Below are positions 32,523 through 42,759 of a stretch of 64,000 nucleotides of DNA, one piece after another. Origin of the DNA: an uncultured SAR86 cluster bacterium (GTDB taxonomy: Bacteria; Pseudomonadota; Gammaproteobacteria; Magnimaribacterales; D2472). The stretch is from contig CACKRJ010000002.1 of the NCBI GenBank assembly GCA_902602595.1, positions 34,278 to 98,277 on the forward strand. Reading direction: 5' to 3'. The translations under genes and the position numbers were made by a program. Every line of letters starts with the position of its first letter. The first letter of the stretch is position 1. The notes under the pieces are model-generated. The model searched no databases, was not told where the DNA came from, and worked only from the letters and a program-made list of their open reading frames with translations.

Positions 32523-34777
32523 TGTTTAGCAAAGAATTAGAACAATCAATAGCAAATTTATTCGATCAGGCTCAAGATCAGAATCTTGAGTACCTCACCA
32601 TTGAGCATCTTCTATTGATGCTTATCGCTGATTTTGAAGTCCGGCAAGCGCTTGAGATAAATGATGTAAATATACCAACTTTAAGAGAAAATCTAGAAGA
32701 GCATGTAAGAGATAACACTCCTACTAAATCTGATACAAAAAAGCCAGTTCAACCTACATTAGGTTTTCAAAGAGTTCTTCAAAGAGCTGTTTTTCATGTT
32801 CAGTCTTCTGGTAAGGGAATTGTAAAACCAATTAATTTATTAGTTGCAATTTTTTCTGAAAAAGAATCTCATTCAGTATTTCTTCTTTCAAAACAAGGAA
32901 TTGGAAGATTAGATATTGTTTCCTATATATCTCATGGAAAACCAAAGGAAGCTTCTTCTGAATCCGAATCAACTCCATTGGATGATGTTAATGAACAAGA
33001 ACCATCTCTACAAAGTAACGAATTAGAATTTCTAATTGATTTAAATAATTTAGCCGAAATTAATAAAGTAGACCAGCTGGTAGGGCGTACAGATGAAGTA
33101 GATCGAATAATACAAATCCTAGCTAGAAGAACCAAAAATAACCCATTATTAGTCGGGGAATCTGGTGTTGGTAAAACTGCAATAGCTGAGGGTTTAGCGC
33201 ACTTAATAAATTCAAAAGATACTCCTGAATTTCTACATGAATCAAAATTGTATTCTTTAGATATAGGGGCATTAATTGCTGGAACTAAATACAGGGGGGA
33301 TTTCGAAAAAAGACTCAAATCGGTACTAAAATTTTTAGATGAACAAAATAATCCAATTTTATTTATCGATGAAATTCATACAATTATTGGTGCTGGATCA
33401 GCGTCTGGCGGAAGCCTGGATGTTTCTAATCTTTTGAAACCTGCATTAGGCAAAGGAAAACTCAGATGTATTGGTTCAACAACTTTTCAAGAATATAGAG
33501 GTGTTTTTAATCAGAATCAGGCGTTATCTAGAAGATTTCAAAAAATTGATGTGCTAGAGCCATCTGTGGATGAGTGCATACAAATCCTCGATGGTTTGAA
33601 AAGTAATTATGAATCTCATCATAATGTTAAATACTCGAGTGAATCAATAAATTCAGCTGTTGTATTATCTAAGCGATTTCTAAATGACAGATTTTTGCCA
33701 GATAAAGCTATTGATTTAATAGATGAAACAGGCGCTTTATTAAACATATCTAGATCTAATTCTAAAAAAATAACCGTAAAACAGGTACATATTGAAAAAA
33801 CTATATCTAAGATTTCTAAAATTCCTGAACAAACTATCTCTAATCAGGAATCAATAAATCTTCAGAAATTAGAATCAGACTTAAAAACTGTTATTTTTGG
33901 GCAAGATCAAGCTATTAAGAGCCTAGTTAATGCGATTAAATTATCTAGAGCAGGGCTCAGAGATGACAATAAAACCATAGGTTCTTTCTTATTTGCTGGC
34001 CCTACTGGAGTTGGTAAAACTGAAATCACCACTCAATTGGCCAATATTATGGGTATTGAACTTGTAAGATTTGATATGTCTGAGTATATGGAAAGGCATA
34101 CTGTATCAAGATTAATCGGAGCACCTCCTGGATATGTTGGATTTGATCAAGGTGGCCTTTTAACTGAAGCAGTTGTTCAAAATCCACATTGCGTACTTTT
34201 GCTTGATGAAATAGAAAAGGCCCACCCAGATATATTTAATTTATTACTTCAGATTATGGATTCGGGAGTTTTAACTGATAATAATGGTCGTAAAGCAGAT
34301 TTTAGAAACGTCATTGTTGTGATGACAACAAATGCTGGCGCTGATTTGTTAGAAAAGAAGAGTATTGGATTTAGTGATCAATCTAATGAATCTGATGCAT
34401 TATTATCACTTAAGAAATTATTTTCACCAGAATTTAGAAATAGATTGGATGAGATTATTCAGTTCAATTATCTACCAATGAAGGTTATCTTATCCATTGT
34501 TGATAAATTTCTTACTAAGCTTCAAGCACAGCTTGATGCAAGAAATGTTGAACTAATCTATTCCAAAAAAGTTTTAAACTGGATTGCTGAAAATGGTTAT
34601 AACAAAGAAATGGGAGCAAGACCCATGGAAAGGTTTATTACAAATAACATCAAGAAACCCTTAGTTGATAAGGTATTATTTGGAGAGCTTAGTAAGGGCG
34701 GTCAAATTAAAGTTGATCTAGTTGCGAACGAAGTGAAATTTAGCGCTAAAAAGAAAACTGCAAAATCTAAGGCTTAA
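32522..34777 (+). CDS. clpA: Clp protease ATP-binding subunit
   Basis: Two AAA modules (GESGVGKT, GPTGVGKT); follows clpS. Confidence 0.96.
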   Translation: MFSKELEQSIANLFDQAQDQNLEYLTIEHLLLMLIADFEVRQALEINDVNIPTLRENLEEHVRDNTPTKSDTKKPVQPTLGFQRVLQRAVFHVQSSGKGIVKPINLLVAIFSEKESHSVFLLSKQGIGRLDIVSYISHGKPKEASSESESTPLDDVNEQEPSLQSNELEFLIDLNNLAEINKVDQLVGRTDEVDRIIQILARRTKNNPLLVGESGVGKTAIAEGLAHLINSKDTPEFLHESKLYSLDIGALIAGTKYRGDFEKRLKSVLKFLDEQNNPILFIDEIHTIIGAGSASGGSLDVSNLLKPALGKGKLRCIGSTTFQEYRGVFNQNQALSRRFQKIDVLEPSVDECIQILDGLKSNYESHHNVKYSSESINSAVVLSKRFLNDRFLPDKAIDLIDETGALLNISRSNSKKITVKQVHIEKTISKISKIPEQTISNQESINLQKLESDLKTVIFGQDQAIKSLVNAIKLSRAGLRDDNKTIGSFLFAGPTGVGKTEITTQLANIMGIELVRFDMSEYMERHTVSRLIGAPPGYVGFDQGGLLTEAVVQNPHCVLLLDEIEKAHPDIFNLLLQIMDSGVLTDNNGRKADFRNVIVVMTTNAGADLLEKKSIGFSDQSNESDALLSLKKLFSPEFRNRLDEIIQFNYLPMKVILSIVDKFLTKLQAQLDARNVELIYSKKVLNWIAENGYNKEMGARPMERFITNNIKKPLVDKVLFGELSKGGQIKVDLVANEVKFSAKKKTAKSKA

Positions 34778-34778
34778 C

Positions 34779-34997
34779 TTAACGTCCTCTGAATGTAATT
34801 CTGCCTTTTGTTAGATCGTAAGGAGTCATCTCAACTTTAACCTTATCTCCAGTTAAGATCCTGATGTAATGCTTTCGCATTTTCCCTGAAATATGAGCTT
34901 CAATTATATGATCGTTTTCTAATTTAACTTTAAAAGTAGTATTAGGAAGAGTTTCTATTACTTCTCCTTCAAATTCTAAATTGTCTTCTTTTGCCAT
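34779..34997 (-). CDS. infA: Translation initiation factor IF-1
   Basis: [23 protein letters not shown]. Confidence 0.98.
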   Translation of the reverse strand: MAKEDNLEFEGEVIETLPNTTFKVKLENDHIIEAHISGKMRKHYIRILTGDKVKVEMTPYDLTKGRITFRGR

Positions 34998-35040
34998 ATG
35001 TCCATTTTACACTAAAATAAATAATTAAAAGGAGAAAATT

Positions 35041-35352
35041 ATGTCAGATAATATAAGCGTATATATGGTAGTCAATTTAACGATACATGATAAAGATGAA
35101 TATCGGATATATGAAAAAGGCTTCTTTTCATATCTAAAAAAACATAATGGGACCTTTATAACATATGACGATAATCGTCAGATTCTTGAGGGAGTAGAGC
35201 CTCTTCCAGGAAGAACAATTATATTTTCCTTTCCAACAGAAGAAGATGCTGATAACTGGTGGGCAGATGAGGGATACCAAGAGTTAAGCAAGCATAGAAG
35301 GGCAGCAACAGAAATCACACTTCAACGTGTTAAAGGATTACCACCAAGGTAA
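35041..35352 (+). CDS. DUF1330 family protein
   Basis: LEG..P..GRTIIFSFP, WWADEGYQEL; AGGAG RBS. Confidence 0.85.
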   Translation: MSDNISVYMVVNLTIHDKDEYRIYEKGFFSYLKKHNGTFITYDDNRQILEGVEPLPGRTIIFSFPTEEDADNWWADEGYQELSKHRRAATEITLQRVKGLPPR

Positions 35353-35356
35353 TAAA

Positions 35357-36211
35357 GTGAAAAAATTTATTAGTGTAAATGGTAAAAAAATTGCCTACAT
35401 AGATGAGGGAATGGGAGATGCTATTGTTTTTATTCACGGGAATCCAACATCTTCATATTTATGGAGAAATATAGCACCTAATTTTAATAAGTCATTTAGA
35501 GTAATTGTTCCAGATCTAATAGGAATGGGAGATTCAGAAAAGCTTGAGGGTATTGATAATCCCGGATACAGCTTTAATGGTCAATATGAGTATTTGGAAG
35601 GATTTTTCAAAAAATTAGATCTTGGAAACAAAATACATCTTGTAATACATGATTGGGGTTGTGGCCTTGGATTAAAGTATGCGAGATTGCATTCAGATAG
35701 TATTTCTTCAATAACTTTTATGGAGGGAGTTACTGTTCCGTTAACTTGGGATCAATGGCCTGAGGCTGGCATAAAAATTTTTAAACTTTTTAGATCAGAT
35801 GCAGGTGAAGAATTAATTCTAGATAAAAATTTCTTTGTAGAAAGAATTTTATTTAATGATCCAATTAACCCAATGTCTGAAGAAACAAAAAAAGAATATT
35901 TGAGACCATTTACGCAACAAGGTGAAGATAGACGACCAACATTAACATTTCCAAGAAATATACCGTTTAACAAAGAGCCATTTGATACTCACAATGAGAT
36001 AAAGATGAATTCAGAATTTCATAACACCTCTAATATTCCAAAATTATTTATTAATGCTGATCCTGGATTCTTGTTAGTTGGTTCTCAAAGAGACGAAGTA
36101 AGAGCATGGGCAAACCTAAAAGAAGTTGTAGTAAAAGGCAATCATTTCATTCAAGAAGACTCTCCAGAAGAGATAACGGCTTATATTAAGGATTTTATAT
36201 CGGAATTATAG
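35357..36211 (+). CDS. Haloalkane dehalogenase, HLD-II (LinB/DhaA-like)
   Basis: HGNPTSSYLWR, HDWG nucleophile, FMEG acid, HFIQED base; GTG at 35357. Confidence 0.92.
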   Translation: MKKFISVNGKKIAYIDEGMGDAIVFIHGNPTSSYLWRNIAPNFNKSFRVIVPDLIGMGDSEKLEGIDNPGYSFNGQYEYLEGFFKKLDLGNKIHLVIHDWGCGLGLKYARLHSDSISSITFMEGVTVPLTWDQWPEAGIKIFKLFRSDAGEELILDKNFFVERILFNDPINPMSEETKKEYLRPFTQQGEDRRPTLTFPRNIPFNKEPFDTHNEIKMNSEFHNTSNIPKLFINADPGFLLVGSQRDEVRAWANLKEVVVKGNHFIQEDSPEEITAYIKDFISEL

Positions 36212-36220
36212 GTATATATT

Positions 36221-36248
36221 ATTTAACATAATATATATTATGCGAAGT
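36221..36248 (-). other. dif site (XerC/XerD chromosome dimer resolution site)
   Basis: Minus strand ACTTCGCATAA-TATATA-TTATGTTAAAT versus E. coli GGTGCGCATAA-TGTATA-TTATGTTAAAT; XerD arm identical; intergenic. Confidence 0.93.
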
Positions 36249-36337
36249 TATATCTTCTATATAGGTGTGATAATGCATCCCTAGCCCGCTAATACATAAT
36301 AGGAAGGATCTTATATTTAAATTAATATTGGAAAAGA

Positions 36338-36751
36338 CTACTGTTCTAAGCTTGTTCTAGTACATTTCAGGACTTGAAGATCTTCCACTTCCTCTAATAA
36401 TAACTTAAGTTCTCTATACTCATTTAACTCTCTTGGAGTTTCAGATGATTTAAAGCCGAAGAAGTTTTCCCCAATTTCAGGATTTTGAGTACCTATACCT
36501 GCAAACATATTTGCATTTGATTTAGTTTTCCCAGTTAGAAGTCTATCTGCAATATCATCAATTAAAGTGGATATCTGAATCCTAGTTTCATTAAGTTGCT
36601 TACAGTTTAATATTTTTGGGTTTACCTTTGCGAAATGACGATCAGCTAATACTTTTTCATCATAAGTCCACCTAGGTATAGCACAGCTGGATGTAATAAG
36701 TGAAAGAACGAATAAGCTAATAAAGCTTTTATTAAAAAAATTTATATACAT
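36338..36751 (-). CDS. Hypothetical lipoprotein
   Basis: Hydrophobic N-terminus ending in ITSSC; two further Cys; family not recognised. Confidence 0.65.
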   Translation of the reverse strand: MYINFFNKSFISLFVLSLITSSCAIPRWTYDEKVLADRHFAKVNPKILNCKQLNETRIQISTLIDDIADRLLTGKTKSNANMFAGIGTQNPEIGENFFGFKSSETPRELNEYRELKLLLEEVEDLQVLKCTRTSLEQ

Positions 36752-36788
36752 TTATTTATTATCCCTATTCTTTATTATAAGTGTGACA

Positions 36789-36805
36789 ATTTATCATAAT
36801 ATATA
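36789..36805 (-). repeat. Partial direct copy of dif (XerD arm plus spacer)
   Basis: ATTTATCATAATATATA versus ATTTAACATAATATATA (36221-36237): 16 of 17 identical. Confidence 0.6.
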
Positions 36806-36934
36806 CAAATATTGTAGTTATGTGTGCAATTTAAGTATTAAGTTAGTACTATTTTATCAGGATAACAATGTTAAAATCAGTATCTGAGCAAGAAGCTAAG
36901 ATAGTCAAGATAATGATGAATTGAACAACTCTAA

Positions 36935-38059
36935 CTATAAAATATCTTCTTTACTAATAACTTTTTGGTCCATGGTAAATCCTTTAGGATTATCATTAAT
37001 AAAATCAATTATAAGCTGGGCACATTCAGGACCAGCCTCTTCTTGTAAAAAATGTCCAGGTCCGCTAATTACAACCTCTTGAGCGGATGGAATTCTTTTT
37101 AACATTGAAACCATTCTGGGGTTATTACCCGTGACAGGATCATTATCACTATTTGCAATTAGAAATGGCTTATGCCATTTTTCAAAAACGTTTCTATAAG
37201 CTATTTCATTTTTTCTTAACTCGCTAGGAATTAAATATGGAAAAATTTGCGGGCCAGCTTTATACGTAGCATTGGGATATGGTGCTTCATACCCTGCTCT
37301 TTCTAAGTCAGTTACATTACCTAGGGTTTGCATGATCCCTCCAACATCTATGTTATCTGTATATCTTGAATACCTAATCCACCCTGTAAATCCATCACCT
37401 CCGATAAATTCTTCCCATGTGGCTGGTCCTTGAAACCAAATACCTAATTTAAACAGCGGATAACTAATAAAAGACATTAGATCTCTAAAAAATCCTCTTC
37501 CAGGAGCTATTAAGCTTGTATTGGATGCAATAATTCTTGAGAACCTATCAGGTTCTTCTGCTATGACTCTGAGGCCAACTAAACCACCCCAATCATGAAC
37601 ATGAGCAGTAATATTATATAGATCTAGTTCTACTATTAATTGAGTCATTTTATCTACATGCATTTGATGAGAATAATTCTCTATTGAGATATATTTATCA
37701 GATTTCCCAAATCCAACCATATCAGGTGCTATTACTCTATAACCTGCCTCAGTAAGAGTGGGAATCATTTTTCTAAATAAATAGCTCCAAGTAGGCTCAC
37801 CATGCAGTAAATATATAATTTCTCCATCATCAGGCCCTTCATCTAAATAATGAATGCGTGTGTCACCAATAGTTAAATAATTTGCTTTAAATGGATAATC
37901 TATAATGTTGTTGAAACGTTCAACTGGTGTTCTAAGAACTCCAGGTGCAACTAAATTGAATCTATCATAATCAACATCAACATCAACATTTCTTAAAAAG
38001 AAAAATATTCCAACAGTAATTACTACTAGGATAAATATTATTGATATAAGTTTTTTCAT
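36935..38059 (-). CDS. Haloalkane dehalogenase, HLD-I (DhmA/DhlA-like), with N-terminal membrane anchor
   Basis: LRTP..RF, HGEPTWSYL, HDWGG, DNDPV, GHFLQEE. Confidence 0.88.
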   Translation of the reverse strand: MKKLISIIFILVVITVGIFFFLRNVDVDVDYDRFNLVAPGVLRTPVERFNNIIDYPFKANYLTIGDTRIHYLDEGPDDGEIIYLLHGEPTWSYLFRKMIPTLTEAGYRVIAPDMVGFGKSDKYISIENYSHQMHVDKMTQLIVELDLYNITAHVHDWGGLVGLRVIAEEPDRFSRIIASNTSLIAPGRGFFRDLMSFISYPLFKLGIWFQGPATWEEFIGGDGFTGWIRYSRYTDNIDVGGIMQTLGNVTDLERAGYEAPYPNATYKAGPQIFPYLIPSELRKNEIAYRNVFEKWHKPFLIANSDNDPVTGNNPRMVSMLKRIPSAQEVVISGPGHFLQEEAGPECAQLIIDFINDNPKGFTMDQKVISKEDIL

Positions 38060-38138
38060 AAAATTTTATCTCATTAAGTCTACGATATTTAAAGAGATAT
38101 GTATTATCATCTTAATAAATAATATTAAAACTATTTAT

Positions 38139-40994
38139 ATGAATATCAAAAATTTACTTACATTTGCATTTATATTTTCTACTGTTTTAAATAGTGAAAC
38201 CTTAACTAAACCTACCTCATACTCTAAGGATTTATACACGGCTAAAATTCTATCAAGCACTTATATTGACTCAATTGATCATCCAGATAAATTTTTAGAT
38301 TTTAATTACGGAGATAGAGTAGCCAATCCTTCACAAATATCTAATGCAATTTTAAATTGGTCTAAGCAGTCAAATAAAATAAAGGTTATTGAGTATGCAA
38401 GATCGCATGAAAACCGACCCCTTTATGCTCTCTTTATCTCATCACCAGATAATATTAATAATCTTGACCAAATAAAAGAAAATATTTCTCAACTATCTGA
38501 TGCAAGAAAAATAAATGATCGCGAAGCAAATTCCATTATTGACTCATTACCTGCAATAGCATGGATGGCATATTCTATACATGGAAATGAAACATCTGGA
38601 GCAGATGCTGCTTTAGGAGTTATTTATCATCTTATTGCAAGCAATGATCCTGAAATTGAGGATTTACTTAACAAGATGGTAATTATTATTGACCCTATGA
38701 TGAATCCTGATGGCAGAGATAGATTTGCAAAGTCATTGGAGCAATACCGAGGCACTGCTCCAAATTATGATGATCAATCGCTATTACATACTGGAGATTG
38801 GCCATATGGAAGGACAAATCATTATTACTTTGATTTAAATAGAGACTGGTTTTACTTAACTCAACCAGAAACACAAGGCAGAGTACAATTGATTAATAAA
38901 TGGAGACCTCAGATTCTTGTTGATGGCCATGAGATGGGTGCACAAGATACTTTCATGACAGGACCTCCAAGAGAACCTATTAATAAAAACATAGATGAAG
39001 ATCTCATTAAATGGGGAAATGTATTTGCAAAAGATCAGGCTGAAGCATTCGATAAAAAAAATTGGCGTTTTTATACTGGAGAGTGGCACGAAGATCTTTA
39101 TCCAGGATACTCTTTTTATGTTCAATTCCGTGGCAGTCTTGGAATACTATATGAGCAATCACGAATGTCAGAGGATGGGGTAAGAAGACCTGAGGGAACC
39201 ATTCAATCTTATAAGGAATCAGTTCATCATCAATTTGTAAGCACTATTGAAAATCTTAATACTTTAAAAGTTAATACAAAGGCTATGTACAAAGATTATT
39301 GGGACGGTCGAAAATACAATATTTCTAAAGATAGTAAATATGCTAATCAAACTTTTGTTGTCTTACCATCTAAAAATCATGGACGCTTAAATTCATTAGT
39401 TGATAAATTAAAGGCACAAGATATAGAGGTATTTAAAAATACTAAAACTTTGCTGGTAGACAAAGCACTAAATCAATTGGGTGATATTGAAGCAAATTAT
39501 GAAATACCTGAAGGCAGTTTAATTATTCCAAATAGACAACCTGAGGCGCCTCTAATAAAAGCAATATTAGAATTTGATGCAGAAATTGATGAATCTGTTC
39601 TTATAGAAGAACGACAAGAAAACCTGAGAGATGGTTCTTCTATCATGTATGACACAACTGCATTCAATTTTACAATGATGTATGGATTGCCAGCTGTAAC
39701 TGCTTTAGAGCATATTGATAAAAATCTTGTTAATTGGGAACCCTCCTCTACAAATATTGAGATAAATAACAATGCAATAATATGGGCAGTTGATGGCACT
39801 GATGATAGATCGGTTACATTTGCAGCCAGATTACTTGAAGAAGATGTGCAAGTCCGAATTATTGATAAAGAATCAATACTTTCAGCTCACAAGTTATCTC
39901 GAGGAAGTGTTGCTGTTATTGCTATGGATAACCCAAAGTATGAAAATTTAACTACAAAAATAAAAGATATATCTAATGATCTCAATATATCTGTTCATTC
40001 AATAGAATCTGGTTTTGGACCAGAAGGATTGCCTGACTGGGGTGGTAGGCATTTTAGATTGTTAAAAAAACCTCAGATTGCCATTTTGGGACATGGTGAA
40101 TACAACTCTTATGATGTTGGAGTTAGTTGGTGGTCATTAGACCATCATCTTGGAATTAGACACAGCCTTGTAAATGGCTCTTTTGCTGGATATGCAGACT
40201 TGAGACGTTATAACACACTGATTCTTCCGAGCGGATACCAAGATATGAATTCTAATGAATTGGAAAACTTATCAGAATGGATAAGAAATGGCGGTACCTT
40301 GATTGCGCATAACAGGTCAACAAGATTTTTGTCTTCAAATGATGGTCTAGGCAATACAAAACAAATTCAAAATATATTTGAAAATGTTAATGAGTATAAA
40401 TTAGATCTTTTGAGAGAAATAATGGCTTTAAATGATCAGATTGATAAAGATAAAATTAATAGTAATAGTGTCGATAATTTAATCGATTACCCATGGGAAC
40501 TCAATGTAACAGAAATGTCCCAAGAAGAATTTGAGATGAGAGATGAATGGCAATCAATTTTTATGCCATCTGGTTCATTTGTAGCAGGAAGAACTGATCA
40601 AAAACATTGGTTAACATTTGGTAGTCCGGAGATATTGCCCGTACTGTATTCAAATTACCCAGTCTTAATGACGGGAAATAATGTAGAAGCAGCTGTAAGA
40701 ATTGGTGCGCTTGTTCCTAACTTAAATTCAGATAAATCAAAACAAATTAATTGGTCTCTCATTCCACCACAAAAAGATATAAAAGTAAGAATGAGTGGTT
40801 TAGTTTGGCCAGAAGCTGCACAGAGAGTGGCTAATTCAGCATATGTAACAAGAGAAGAAATAGGGAAAGGACAAGTAATTTTATTTTCTGGTGAGCCAAA
40901 CTTTAGAGGTTCGACCAGAGGAACAAATAGAATCTGGCTTAATGCCGTAATATATGGTTCAGGTCTGGGTACAAATCCCTTAGTAAATCCCTAA
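38139..40994 (+). CDS. Secreted M14 family zinc carboxypeptidase
   Basis: Signal peptide, SIHGNE, NPDGR, DLNRD, DGHEM. Confidence 0.9.
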   Translation: MNIKNLLTFAFIFSTVLNSETLTKPTSYSKDLYTAKILSSTYIDSIDHPDKFLDFNYGDRVANPSQISNAILNWSKQSNKIKVIEYARSHENRPLYALFISSPDNINNLDQIKENISQLSDARKINDREANSIIDSLPAIAWMAYSIHGNETSGADAALGVIYHLIASNDPEIEDLLNKMVIIIDPMMNPDGRDRFAKSLEQYRGTAPNYDDQSLLHTGDWPYGRTNHYYFDLNRDWFYLTQPETQGRVQLINKWRPQILVDGHEMGAQDTFMTGPPREPINKNIDEDLIKWGNVFAKDQAEAFDKKNWRFYTGEWHEDLYPGYSFYVQFRGSLGILYEQSRMSEDGVRRPEGTIQSYKESVHHQFVSTIENLNTLKVNTKAMYKDYWDGRKYNISKDSKYANQTFVVLPSKNHGRLNSLVDKLKAQDIEVFKNTKTLLVDKALNQLGDIEANYEIPEGSLIIPNRQPEAPLIKAILEFDAEIDESVLIEERQENLRDGSSIMYDTTAFNFTMMYGLPAVTALEHIDKNLVNWEPSSTNIEINNNAIIWAVDGTDDRSVTFAARLLEEDVQVRIIDKESILSAHKLSRGSVAVIAMDNPKYENLTTKIKDISNDLNISVHSIESGFGPEGLPDWGGRHFRLLKKPQIAILGHGEYNSYDVGVSWWSLDHHLGIRHSLVNGSFAGYADLRRYNTLILPSGYQDMNSNELENLSEWIRNGGTLIAHNRSTRFLSSNDGLGNTKQIQNIFENVNEYKLDLLREIMALNDQIDKDKINSNSVDNLIDYPWELNVTEMSQEEFEMRDEWQSIFMPSGSFVAGRTDQKHWLTFGSPEILPVLYSNYPVLMTGNNVEAAVRIGALVPNLNSDKSKQINWSLIPPQKDIKVRMSGLVWPEAAQRVANSAYVTREEIGKGQVILFSGEPNFRGSTRGTNRIWLNAVIYGSGLGTNPLVNP

Positions 40995-41006
40995 CTTTTT
41001 AAAGTG

Positions 41007-42755
41007 TTATGGATTTCTTAAATTATCAACCATTTGATTAACACTATCAGGTGGTTTTTTAAATAAATAACATACACTGAATGAAACAATAAAGTTGATC
41101 ATCATTCCTATAAAGCCAAATCCCTCTGGAGATATTCCTAAAAACCAATTTTCTGCAGAATTTAAATTAGTGTTAACAAATTTAAAATTAATTATATAAA
41201 TTGATGTGACAGCTAACCCAGCAAGCATTCCAGCTATAGCTCCCTCTTTATTCAACCTTTTATAAAAAATACCCATAAATAATGCAGGAAAAATTGTTGC
41301 TGCAGCTAAACCAAAAGCAAAAGCCACAACTTGAGCAACAAAACCTGGTGGATAAATACCGAAAAGCCCAGCTATAAATATAGCAACTGCGGCAGAACAT
41401 CGAGCATAAAATAGCTCTTGTTTTTCAGTAATCGATGGCATAAAAGTCTTTTTTAGCAAATCATGTGAAACTGAAGCTGAAATAACTAACAATAATCCTG
41501 CTGCAGTTGATAATGCTGCAGCTAACGCTCCGGCAGCAACCAAAGCTATAACCCAGGCTGGTAATTTAGCTATTTCAGGATTCGCTAAAACCATAATATC
41601 TCTATCGATGTAAACCTCATTTGTATTAGTCATATCTGGTTTATTATCTAAACCTCTTTCTCCAGAAGAACCTCTATTATTATTAAATCTTGGTTTAACT
41701 TCATTCAATGCATTGCCAGCAGAGTATTGAATTAAACCATCATTATTTTTATCATTCCAAGCTATCAGACCAATATTTTCCCAATTTTTAAACCAGCCTG
41801 GAGCCTCTTGATAGCTTACTTCCTGAACTGAATCAATAAAATTCATTCTTGCAAAAGCCGAAACTGCTGGAGCTGTTGAATATAAAATAGCTATAAATAT
41901 TAATGCATAACCAGCAGATTTTCTTGCATCGCTAACGTTTGGCACGGTAAAGAATCGTACAATGACATGTGGAAGCCCTGCAGTACCAAACATCAATGCA
42001 GCGGTTATGCAAAAAATATCAATATTAGTTTTACTATTTTCTGTATATGCATTAAATCCAAGCTCGCTTGTAACTGTGTCTAATTTATCTAATAAATAAA
42101 CTTCACTATTTATAAGAGTATCGCCAAAACCTAACTGAGGAATAGGATTCCCTGTCATTAAAATAGAGATAAATATGGCTGGAACTAAATAAGCAAAAAT
42201 TAAGACGCAGTATTGAGCAACTTGTGTATAAGTGATGCCCTTCATGCCGCCAAGTACTGCATAAAAAAAGACAATGCACATACCAATAACCACGCCTAAA
42301 TTAATATCAACTTCTAAGAACCTAGAAAAAACAATACCAACCCCTCTCATTTGCCCAGCTACATAGGTAAATGAGATAAATATTAGACATATTACTGCAA
42401 CTAATCTTGCTGCATTTGAATAGTACCTCGTACCAATAAAATCTGGAACAGTGTATTGACCAAATTTTCTTAAGTAAGGAGCAAGTAATAAAGCTAATAA
42501 GACATATCCACCAGTCCAACCCATTAAATAAACTGATCCATCTTTACCAAGGAATGCTATTAAACCAGCCATTGAAATAAATGAAGCAGCAGACATCCAA
42601 TCTGCAGCAGTTGCCATACCATTAGCAATAGGATGAACGCCCTTACCTGCTATATAAAAATCATTTGTTGATGATGCACGTGACCAGATAGCAATCCCAA
42701 TATATAAGGCAAAAGAAATACCTACAAAGAAATACGTAAGAGACTTTACATCCAT
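41007..42755 (-). CDS. Sodium:solute symporter, ActP-like
   Basis: GMATAADWMSAASF, GTAGLPHVIVRFFTVP. Confidence 0.92.
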   Translation of the reverse strand: MDVKSLTYFFVGISFALYIGIAIWSRASSTNDFYIAGKGVHPIANGMATAADWMSAASFISMAGLIAFLGKDGSVYLMGWTGGYVLLALLLAPYLRKFGQYTVPDFIGTRYYSNAARLVAVICLIFISFTYVAGQMRGVGIVFSRFLEVDINLGVVIGMCIVFFYAVLGGMKGITYTQVAQYCVLIFAYLVPAIFISILMTGNPIPQLGFGDTLINSEVYLLDKLDTVTSELGFNAYTENSKTNIDIFCITAALMFGTAGLPHVIVRFFTVPNVSDARKSAGYALIFIAILYSTAPAVSAFARMNFIDSVQEVSYQEAPGWFKNWENIGLIAWNDKNNDGLIQYSAGNALNEVKPRFNNNRGSSGERGLDNKPDMTNTNEVYIDRDIMVLANPEIAKLPAWVIALVAAGALAAALSTAAGLLLVISASVSHDLLKKTFMPSITEKQELFYARCSAAVAIFIAGLFGIYPPGFVAQVVAFAFGLAAATIFPALFMGIFYKRLNKEGAIAGMLAGLAVTSIYIINFKFVNTNLNSAENWFLGISPEGFGFIGMMINFIVSFSVCYLFKKPPDSVNQMVDNLRNP

Positions 42756-42759
42756 TCTT

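Noticed and set aside
35357-36211. Renilla-type luciferase
   Set aside because: The fold family is shared, but the motifs and context fit an ordinary bacterial HLD-II and nothing supports luminescence.
36868-36924. 18-codon ORF MLKSVSEQEAKIVKIMMN with an AGGA RBS
   Set aside because: Too short to support without conservation data; it may be a remnant or chance.
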